A DNA stretch of 24,000 nt from an uncultured Actinomycetota bacterium. GTDB lineage: Bacteria > Actinomycetota > Actinomycetes > Propionibacteriales > Propionibacteriaceae. Location: assembly GCA_963789345.1 (NCBI GenBank), contig CAWBKR010000027.1, positions 53,065-77,064 of the forward strand, read 5' to 3'. The first letter of the stretch is position 1. Each line of letters opens with the position of its first letter. The translations under genes were made by a program, and so were the position numbers. Below, piece by piece: positions 17,513-24,000 of this stretch. The notes beneath the pieces are model-generated. The model was not told the DNA's origin, ran no database searches, and was given only the letters and a program-made list of their open reading frames with translations.

Positions 17513-18207
17513 CGCCGCACCGCATCGGTGGGAGGTGGGACCGGTCGGGCCCGGTCGGCCACTGCGCCGAAGAAGCCCTCGAGCGCCTGCCGGACCTCGG
17601 TCCCCCCGTCGAACCCACGCCAGAGCAGACGCAACTGGCCGACCAACTCATAGCAGGTGTCGATCGGCACCAGGTGGCAGGAGAACTCGTTGGGCAGTCC
17701 ACCTGGGCGGCTGCTCGAATCCACGCCGCGAATCAGCAGCGCCTCGACGTCGGGGCGGAGAAGGTCGAGCTCGCGATTGTGCTCGACGATCCGCGCCCAG
17801 GCGTCGAGGGGCAACTCCGACTCCGTCGCACCGGCGGGTCCGGGATAGAACGCGACCACCCGCCCCAGCACCGAGTTGCGGAACAGGAACGCCAGGCCGA
17901 CCGGGATCTCCAACTCGTCGAACTGGCGAGCATCCAGAGTGAAGTCCGGAAACGACAGGTACCGATCGGGCACGGCTCGGTAGCGCAACTCGGCTTCCTC
18001 GGCGGTGAACAGCAGGTAGCAGCCGCGGCAGGTGCAGAGCAGCCCGCGGCTCTCGAGGTTGACGACGTGCGCATGCTCTGCGCCGATCGGTTCGGCGCAC
18101 ATCTCGCAGCGCTCACCGGCCAGCGGGGCGGGCCGCGTGGTCACCACTCGGCGGAGAGCCGCCAACGGCGGACCGCGGCGCCCCGGGGAGGTGGAGAAGT
18201 TGCTCAT
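17509..18207 (-). CDS. conserved hypothetical protein with 2x CxxC motif (232 aa)
   Basis: The sequence ...GERCEMCAEPIGAEHAHVVNLESRGLLCTCRGCYLLF... carries a CxxC-x21-CxCxxC pattern. Both ends form ATGA overlaps with neighbours. Confidence 0.8.
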   Translation of the reverse strand: MSNFSTSPGRRGPPLAALRRVVTTRPAPLAGERCEMCAEPIGAEHAHVVNLESRGLLCTCRGCYLLFTAEEAELRYRAVPDRYLSFPDFTLDARQFDELEIPVGLAFLFRNSVLGRVVAFYPGPAGATESELPLDAWARIVEHNRELDLLRPDVEALLIRGVDSSSRPGGLPNEFSCHLVPIDTCYELVGQLRLLWRGFDGGTEVRQALEGFFGAVADRARPVPPPTDAVRR

Positions 18208-19127
18208 ACCGCGACCGACACCGGTACGGCGACCCGGACCTCCGCCCCATCGACCAGCAGGGGCAGCGGATCCAGGTGCACCTCCGGTCGTTCCAGCGAG
18301 ACGCCCGCGCTCCGGACCGCGAAGTGGGTGCCGCAGGACGGGCAGCGAAGGGCGGCGTCACCGGTCGCGCGCCCGAGCAGCCGGCCCAACGTGGCCCCGG
18401 CCAGGGACGCCTGGCACTGCCCGCACCGATCGACAAAGGCGTACAGGTCGGCGCCGATGCGACAGCCGACGACGCTGGTCTGGCCGACCACGAGAGTCTC
18501 GACAGCCGCATCGAGGAGTTCCCCGAGCCGAGGAACGACCTCCCAGGCCGAACCGACCTCGCCGACCTCCCCGGATCCCAGCCGTGACCACAACGACTCC
18601 GCCGCGATGAGCGGTCCGGCCGCCACCGCGGCGCTCGGCGTCACCACGTCGATCTGCACGATCTCGGGTGCGGCGGCCTCGATCGCTCCCTCCACAGCCA
18701 GCTTCAGGGTCACCGACGACGAGGCGCACCCATCGCAGCTGCCGAGCAGCCGGAGTCGGACCACGTCGTCGTCGGTCACTTCGATCAGTTCGACGTCACC
18801 GCCGTGGCTGCCGAGATAGGGCCTGACCCGCTCCAACGCCTGCTCGACCCGAGTGCCTACGTCGTAGGGATGCAGTCCATGCACCAACAAGAGACTGGAC
18901 ACCAGGTCGTCGGCGGCGAGCGCGGCCAGCATCTCGTCGTCAAGCCGGCCACCCTCGTGGAGGATCGTGAGGGTCCGTTCGAGTCCCGCGCCGTAGAGGT
19001 CGGCCACCAGCCGCACCAACTCCTCGGCCCGCTCCCGAGCCACCACCCCGCCCGCGGCACTGGCCTCGAGCAGGGTGTTGATCCGCTCGCCCGTGGCCTC
19101 CAGCGAGTCAACGGGCTCTGGACTCAT
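18204..19127 (-). CDS. hhyE: HhyE-like putative Fe-S protein: NifU-like domain fused to a Cys-rich Rieske/zinc-ribbon-like C-terminal domain
   Basis: The central part RVRPYLGSHGGDVELIEV...LLGSCDGCASSSVTLK is Nfu/NifU C-terminal-like with a CxxC motif. The C-terminal part reads CRIGADLYAFVDRCGQC...RCPSCGTHF. The gene starts 6 nt after the hhyL stop. Confidence 0.75.
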   Translation of the reverse strand: MSPEPVDSLEATGERINTLLEASAAGGVVARERAEELVRLVADLYGAGLERTLTILHEGGRLDDEMLAALAADDLVSSLLLVHGLHPYDVGTRVEQALERVRPYLGSHGGDVELIEVTDDDVVRLRLLGSCDGCASSSVTLKLAVEGAIEAAAPEIVQIDVVTPSAAVAAGPLIAAESLWSRLGSGEVGEVGSAWEVVPRLGELLDAAVETLVVGQTSVVGCRIGADLYAFVDRCGQCQASLAGATLGRLLGRATGDAALRCPSCGTHFAVRSAGVSLERPEVHLDPLPLLVDGAEVRVAVPVSVAV

Positions 19128-19133
19128 GTGCGG

Positions 19134-20924
19134 CTACCCGGCGACGTATTCGGTCGGTGAGTGCATCCGCTCCAACTTCTGACCACCGCCGAGGTACATG
19201 TGCACTCCGCAGGGCAGGCACGGATCGAAGCTGCGGACCGTGCGCATGATGTCGATGCCCTTGAAGTGCTCGCGGTCGTTCTCCTCGAAGATCGGCTGCC
19301 CCTGGACCGCGTCCTCGTACGGGCCGGGGGTGCCGTAGGAATCGCGCGGGCTCGCGTTCCACGGCGTCGGCGGGTACGGATGGTAGTTGGCGATCTTGCC
19401 GTCCCGGATGACCATGTGATGACTGAGCACACCGCGCACCGCCTCGGTGAAGCCGCAGCCGATGCCGGTGTCCGGCACGTCGAACTTCTCCCACGTCTTG
19501 GTCCGGCCGGCCCGGATCTCCACGAGGGCCTTCTCCGCGAAGTGCAGGGCACAGGCCGCGGCGTAGGCCTGGAAGTACGTCCGGGCCCGGTTCCGCTCCA
19601 AGGTGTTGCTCCACTGCGGGATCTTCCACTCGAAGCTGACCGGGCCCTTGAGGGCGGTCTTCGGGAGGTTGATCTGCACACTTGAGCCGGTCGACTTCAC
19701 GTAGCCGATGTCGACCAGCCCTGCCAGCGCCGTCGACCACAGTCGCGCCAGCGGACCGCCACCCGTGTCCAGGGCCAGGTAGTCCGTCCCGTCGTACCAG
19801 CGCGGTGACATCACCCAGCTGTACTTGTTGTCCAGATCGCGCTTCTGCGGCTTCGGATTTGTGTGCTGATTCCAGGGGTGGCGGCGATCCACCGGGTTGC
19901 CCAGCGGATCGTGGGTCACGAACATCTCCTGGGATTCCCAGTCCTCGTAGTAGGAGGAACCGAGCAGGATCCTGATGCCCAGGTTGATCTCGACCAGGTC
20001 CGTGGTCACCAGCTTGCCGTCGACGACCACGCCCGGGGTCACGTACATCTTGCGACCCCAGTTGGTCATGTCCTTGTACTCGAAGTTGCAGTGCTCGGGA
20101 TCCTGGAAGGAGCCCCAGCACCCCAGCAGCGTCCGGCGCAGACCGACCTGTTCGTAACCGGGCAAGGCTTCGTAGAAGAAGTCGAAGAGGTCGTCGTGCA
20201 TGGGCACGACCTTCTTCATGAACTCGACGTAGCGCATCAGCCGGCTCAGGTAGTCCGTCATCAACTGGATGGTCGCCACGGTGCCGACCCCGCCCGGATA
20301 GAGCGTGGACGGGTGAACGTGCCGACCCTCCATCAGGCAGAACATCTCCCGGGTCATCCGGCTGACCTGGAGCGCCTCCCGGTAGAACTCGCCGGTGAAG
20401 GGATTCAGAGAGCGCATGATGTCACCGATGGTGCGGTAACCATGATCACCGGCGTGTGGCGCCTCGGTGTTGTTCGCCTTCTCCAACACGCCGGGATTGG
20501 TCTCGGAGACCATCTTCTCGCAGTAGTCCACCCCGACCAGGTTCTCCTGGAAGATGTTGTGATCGAACATGTACTCCGCAGCCTCGCCGAGGTTGACGAT
20601 CCACTCCCCGAGGTGCGGCGGCTTCACCCCGTACGCCATGTTCTGGGCGTAGCAGGAGCAGGTGGCGTGGTTGTCACCGCAGATGCCGCAGATCCGGCTG
20701 GTGATGAAATGCGCGTCGCGCGGATCCTTGCCCTTCATGAAGATCGAGTAGCCGCGGAAGATCGAACTGGTGCTGTGGCACTCGGCCACCGTGCGGGCCT
20801 TGAAGTCGATCTTGGTGTAGATGCCGAGGCTCCCGACGATGCGAGTGATCGGGTCCCACGCCATCTCCACCAGATCGGAGTCGTTGGTGCTGCTCGTGCT
20901 CGGATTGGCCATCGTCGATGTCAA
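19134..20924 (-). CDS. hhyL: [NiFe]-hydrogenase large subunit, group 1h/5 (high-affinity type)
   Basis: The L1 motif FITSRICGICGDNH and the L2 motif RSFDPCLPCGVH match the published group 5/1h signatures. A 21-aa C-terminal tail follows the His and is the expected endopeptidase substrate. The start is either TTG 20924 (GAGAGG Shine-Dalgarno 7 nt upstream) or ATG 20912. Confidence 0.95.
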   Translation of the reverse strand: MTSTMANPSTSSTNDSDLVEMAWDPITRIVGSLGIYTKIDFKARTVAECHSTSSIFRGYSIFMKGKDPRDAHFITSRICGICGDNHATCSCYAQNMAYGVKPPHLGEWIVNLGEAAEYMFDHNIFQENLVGVDYCEKMVSETNPGVLEKANNTEAPHAGDHGYRTIGDIMRSLNPFTGEFYREALQVSRMTREMFCLMEGRHVHPSTLYPGGVGTVATIQLMTDYLSRLMRYVEFMKKVVPMHDDLFDFFYEALPGYEQVGLRRTLLGCWGSFQDPEHCNFEYKDMTNWGRKMYVTPGVVVDGKLVTTDLVEINLGIRILLGSSYYEDWESQEMFVTHDPLGNPVDRRHPWNQHTNPKPQKRDLDNKYSWVMSPRWYDGTDYLALDTGGGPLARLWSTALAGLVDIGYVKSTGSSVQINLPKTALKGPVSFEWKIPQWSNTLERNRARTYFQAYAAACALHFAEKALVEIRAGRTKTWEKFDVPDTGIGCGFTEAVRGVLSHHMVIRDGKIANYHPYPPTPWNASPRDSYGTPGPYEDAVQGQPIFEENDREHFKGIDIMRTVRSFDPCLPCGVHMYLGGGQKLERMHSPTEYVAG

Positions 20925-20956
20925 CGCAGTGCCTCTCTACGGGTCGCGCTCGCGTA

Positions 20957-22012
20957 TTACCAGGTACGTTCTGCGCCGGTCACCAACTGCTTGCCGGGCT
21001 TGCGCCACTTCGGTTCTTGGTCGACGGTGTGCGCGGTGACGCTGCGCAGCTTGCGCAACGTGGCTCCCCAGGCCTGGACAACGGTGGTCGAGAGCTTGCC
21101 GCCCGGCGGCTCGTCCATGAACGGCATGAACTTGTCCGGGAAACCGGGCATGGTGCAGCCGATGCAGATGCCACCCACGTTCGGGCAGCCGCCCATGCCG
21201 TTCATCCAGCCGCGCTTGGGCACGTTGCACTTGACGACGGGGCCCCAGCAGCCGAGCTTGACGATGCACTTCGGCGAGCCGTACTCGGTGGCGAAGTCGG
21301 CCTGTTCGTAGTAGCCGGCCCGGTCGCACCCTTCGTGCACTGTCCGGCCGAACAGCCAGGTCGGGCGGAGGGCCTCGTCGAGCGGGATCATCGGCGCCTG
21401 GTCGGTGGCCATGTAGAGCAGGTAGGTGAGCGTCTCGGACAGATTGTCGGGCTGGATCGGGCACCCCGGCACGCACACGATCGGTATCCCGGCCTTGGAC
21501 TTCCACTCCCAGCCCAGGTAGTCCGGCACGCCCATCGCGCCGGTCGGGTTCCCGGCCATGGCGTGGATCCCGCCGTAGGTGGCACAGGTGCCGACCGCGA
21601 CGATCGCCGTGGCCTTGGGAGCCAACCGGTCCAGCCATTCACTGGTCGTCATCGGCTGACCGGTTGCGGGGTTGTTGCCGAACCCGCACCAGTAGCCCTC
21701 GTCGTGCAGCTGCTCGTTGGGGATGGAGCCCTCGACGACCAGCACGAACGGCTCCAGCTCACCGCGGTCGGCCTTGAAGAACCACTCGAGAAAGTCGTCG
21801 GCGCCCCCGTTGGGGCCGCACTCGAAGTCGATCAGCGGCCAGTGCACCGCGATCTGCGGCAACCCGGGGAGCGCGCCGAGGGCAATCTCCTCGATGCTGG
21901 GCTGGGTCGCGGCCGTCAGCGCGACGGAGTCGCCGTCGCAACTCAGACCGGCGTTGATCCACAGCACGTGGATGAGCGTTTCTTCAGCCTTGACGGCGGC
22001 GGGCGTGGGCAT
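20957..22012 (-). CDS. hhyS: [NiFe]-hydrogenase small subunit, group 1h/5, no Tat signal
   Basis: 351 aa: MPTPAAVKAEETLIHVLWINAGLSCDGDSV...VGTCATYGG...PGCPIQPD...CPNVGGICIGC. The N-terminus lacks an RRxFLK twin-arginine motif. Confidence 0.95.
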   Translation of the reverse strand: MPTPAAVKAEETLIHVLWINAGLSCDGDSVALTAATQPSIEEIALGALPGLPQIAVHWPLIDFECGPNGGADDFLEWFFKADRGELEPFVLVVEGSIPNEQLHDEGYWCGFGNNPATGQPMTTSEWLDRLAPKATAIVAVGTCATYGGIHAMAGNPTGAMGVPDYLGWEWKSKAGIPIVCVPGCPIQPDNLSETLTYLLYMATDQAPMIPLDEALRPTWLFGRTVHEGCDRAGYYEQADFATEYGSPKCIVKLGCWGPVVKCNVPKRGWMNGMGGCPNVGGICIGCTMPGFPDKFMPFMDEPPGGKLSTTVVQAWGATLRKLRSVTAHTVDQEPKWRKPGKQLVTGAERTW

Positions 22013-22097
22013 CGATGCCTGTCACTTTCCCCGACGTGGATCGCCGGCGACCCTGCTGCTGGGGCCGGCCTCCGGGCCCGCTTACGCAGTCAATCCC

Positions 22098-22126
22098 GTC
22101 CTAACATTCGAGACGACAGGGGTCAA
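22098..22126 (-). promoter_or_regulatory. candidate sigma-70-type promoter for hhyS-hhyL, just downstream of hypB
   Basis: The minus strand reads cTTGACCcctgtcgtctcgaatgtTAGGACggg. This gives a -35 TTGACC (22121-22126), a 17-nt spacer, a TG extension and a -10 TAGGAC (22098-22103). It lies in the most AT-rich stretch of the cluster and would give a leader of about 85 nt. Confidence 0.3.
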
Positions 22127-22138
22127 GAGAACTGAGGC

Positions 22139-22981
22139 TTACCTAACCTTTGCCGACTCTGCGTCTCGGCCCAGCCAGCCGTACCAGGCCTCCAGGCCAT
22201 CGCCCGTTTTCGCGGAGAGCGTCAGAATCTCGACGCCGCGGTTGAGACTCCGGGCCGCGGCGCTGAAGGCCTCGACGTCGAAGTCCACGTACGGCAGCAG
22301 GTCGGACTTGTTGACCACGATCAGGTCGGCGGTGCTGAACATGTGCGGGTACTTGAGGGGCTTGTCGCTCCCCTCGGTGACCGAGATGATCACGACCTTG
22401 GCTTCCTCGCCGACGTCGAACAAGGCGGGGCACACCAGGTTTCCCACGTTCTCGATGAACAGCAGCGATCCGCGCTCCGGCTCGAGGGCCTCGATGGCCT
22501 GCTGCACCATCGGCGCGTCGAGGTGACAACCCGCGCCCGTGTTCACCTGAACGGCGCGCGCGCCGGCCCGGCGGATCCGCTCGGCGTCGAAGGTGGTCTC
22601 CTGGTCCCCCTCGATGACACAGATCGACTGCTGCCGGCCGAGGTTGCTGATGGTCCGCTCGAGCAGCGTGGTCTTACCCGATCCGGGTGAGCTCATCAGG
22701 TTCACGGCGGCGATCTCGCGGTCCGTCAGCCAGTCGCGGTTGTGCTGGGCAAGGTGGTCGTTCTTGGCCAGGATGGCCTCGCCGATGGGGACCGTCTCGG
22801 TTCTCTGGGCGGCGTGCAGAGCGGCGTGTTCGGACTCGCTCAGATGCTCATGATCATGCTCATGATCGTGATCATGGTCATGGTCGTGATGGTGATGATC
22901 GTGACCGCGCTCGTGTTCGTCGCCCGCCACGGTCAGGACCCGTACGTTGTCCTCGTCGCCGCAGCCGCAGGTCAGGCACAC
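22139..22981 (-). CDS. hypB: hydrogenase nickel-incorporation GTPase HypB with His/Asp-rich tract
   Basis: The GTG start at 22981 gives the canonical N-terminal CLTCGCG metal site. Other motifs are the P-loop [18 protein letters not shown] and NKSDL. There are 13 His among residues encoded by 22844-22915. The gene overlaps the hypA 3' end by 10 nt. Confidence 0.93.
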   Translation of the reverse strand: MCLTCGCGDEDNVRVLTVAGDEHERGHDHHHHDHDHDHDHEHDHEHLSESEHAALHAAQRTETVPIGEAILAKNDHLAQHNRDWLTDREIAAVNLMSSPGSGKTTLLERTISNLGRQQSICVIEGDQETTFDAERIRRAGARAVQVNTGAGCHLDAPMVQQAIEALEPERGSLLFIENVGNLVCPALFDVGEEAKVVIISVTEGSDKPLKYPHMFSTADLIVVNKSDLLPYVDFDVEAFSAAARSLNRGVEILTLSAKTGDGLEAWYGWLGRDAESAKVR

Positions 22982-23316
22982 GGTTGCGCCACCAGGTCCA
23001 CCGAGCTGATCTCCAGCTCCTGGCCGCGGAGTATGCCCACGTCGGCGCTGCCGCACGAGCACAGCAAGATCAGGTCAGGCAGGTCGAACTCGGCGTCACA
23101 GGTCCGGCAGTGCGCCCGCCCGGGTATCTCGATGATGTCCAACGTGGCCCCCTCCATCGCCGTACCGCTGGTGGCCAGGTCGAAACAGAAGCGCATGGCG
23201 TCGGGCACCACGCCCGACAGCCGCCCGACCCGGAGGTGGACACGAGCGACCTGTCGACCCGGCGTCCGCTCCAGAACCATGTCGACGACGCTTTCGGTGA
23301 TCGCGAGCTCATGCAT
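22972..23316 (-). CDS. hypA: hydrogenase nickel-insertion protein HypA
   Basis: 114 aa with the MHE N-terminus and Zn-site CRTC...CSCG. A GGTGGGA Shine-Dalgarno sequence lies upstream. Confidence 0.92.
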   Translation of the reverse strand: MHELAITESVVDMVLERTPGRQVARVHLRVGRLSGVVPDAMRFCFDLATSGTAMEGATLDIIEIPGRAHCRTCDAEFDLPDLILLCSCGSADVGILRGQELEISSVDLVAQPCA

Positions 23317-23408
23317 GCCATCCCACCTGCGCTCACCCTAGGTCGCCGCCCGATCCCCGGCAAGGCAGCTCGTCGAAGGGCCAACACTCGGTTGGCGCGC
23401 AATCGAGT

Positions 23409-23455
23409 GGCAGCGTAGAGCGGTCAAACGGCCAGATTCACCGCCGTACGCTGCC
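23409..23455 (-). terminator. hairpin straddling the stop codon of the upstream gene, ahead of hypA
   Basis: ggcagcgta-ga-gcggt (23409-23424) pairs with accgc-cg-tacgctgcc (23439-23455), giving 9+5 bp around a 14-nt loop. It encloses the stop codon at 23438-23440. Confidence 0.3.
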
Positions 23456-24000
23456 AATGGATCGAGCAGCCTGGCGCCGCAGCCACCAATCCGGTGGATC
23501 GATGGTCCAGGCGTCGCGTCGACGATCTCGGCTCATGGCCTGGGCATGCCGGGCGCGCAGCCGGTCGGTGAGCGCCAGGCGGTGGCGCAGATCCAGGCTG
23601 TCGACCCGACAGACGACGAGATTCGCAAACTCGAGATCCTCCTCGCGCAAGTTGTCCTTACGATGCTGGCGTCGGGCACGATGGTCTTGACCGTCGAATT
23701 CGGTGACGAGTCCCGCCTCGACATCCAACAGGTCAGCGATGCCCAGCAGCCTGCCCCGGAGGTCGAAGACCGCTCGATTGACCAGCGGCTTCGGCAGAGA
23801 CGCCTGTTGTCGGTAGAACATGCGCAGGCGGCTCTCCCATGGGCTGGCGCTGGCCTCGTCGGCCGACAGCAGTGACGCGCGTGCCTGTTGACTACCGGGG
23901 CAGCCTCGGAGGCGACCGAGCCACTCCGCCAGTTCGCCGAGGTCGAGGTTCATCGCGTGAGCGATCTGGTCGAGGAACACCACGGCCTCGGTCAGATTCG
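23438..24000 (-). CDS. DUF559/Vsr-like endonuclease-fold domain protein (5' end probably outside the window)
   Basis: ...SPWESRLRMFYRQQASLPKPLVNRAVFDLRGRLLGIADLLDVEAGLVTEFDGQDHR...REEDL resembles the actinobacterial pattern 'ES.LR...GLP.P..N..V.D..G..LG..D...EFDG'. The frame stays open to the window edge. Confidence 0.5.
   Translation of the reverse strand, partial: NLTEAVVFLDQIAHAMNLDLGELAEWLGRLRGCPGSQQARASLLSADEASASPWESRLRMFYRQQASLPKPLVNRAVFDLRGRLLGIADLLDVEAGLVTEFDGQDHRARRQHRKDNLREEDLEFANLVVCRVDSLDLRHRLALTDRLRARHAQAMSRDRRRDAWTIDPPDWWLRRQAARSIGSVRR

Noticed and set aside
22844-22915. A cat/gat-rich short tandem repeat that superficially resembles a microsatellite or repeat array.
   Set aside because: It is in frame within hypB and encodes the His/Asp nickel-binding tract. 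It is not a non-coding repeat or a CRISPR array.
22982-23062. The longer HypB N-terminus from ATG 23062 (ORF-track call).
   Set aside because: It would overlap hypA by 90 nt with an Arg/Gly-rich extension. The GTG at 22981 yields the canonical CxxCGC N-terminus.

Overview
This is a high-GC chromosome segment, roughly 70% GC by eye and typical of Actinomycetota. About 15 kb of it (8479-23316, all on the minus strand) is one tightly packed 18-gene cluster for a group 1h/5 'high-affinity', O2-tolerant [NiFe]-hydrogenase. The gene order is hypA, hypB, hhyS, hhyL, an HhyE-like Fe-S protein, three conserved unknowns, a 39-aa membrane peptide, two small acidic disordered proteins, the maturation endopeptidase, a hypC-like gene, another unknown, then hypF, hypC, hypD and hypE. 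A very long hairpin follows the cluster, then a hemerythrin-domain gene and a MalY/PatB-type PLP aminotransferase. The left 6.4 kb is different in character. A Zn-alcohol dehydrogenase, a SAM methyltransferase and an AfsR-like SARP/NB-ARC/TPR regulator can each be read only by switching frame repeatedly, so they are either pseudogenes or a locally error-rich stretch. An alpha/beta hydrolase among them is intact. This region also holds two copies of a ~68-bp palindromic intergenic repeat. I found no rRNA, tRNA, CRISPR array or recognisable transposase. The most promising uncharacterised content is the block of unassigned genes inside the hydrogenase operon, especially the membrane-peptide and disordered-protein trio at 14836-15552. 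All calls come from reading translations and motifs by eye; no database search was run.
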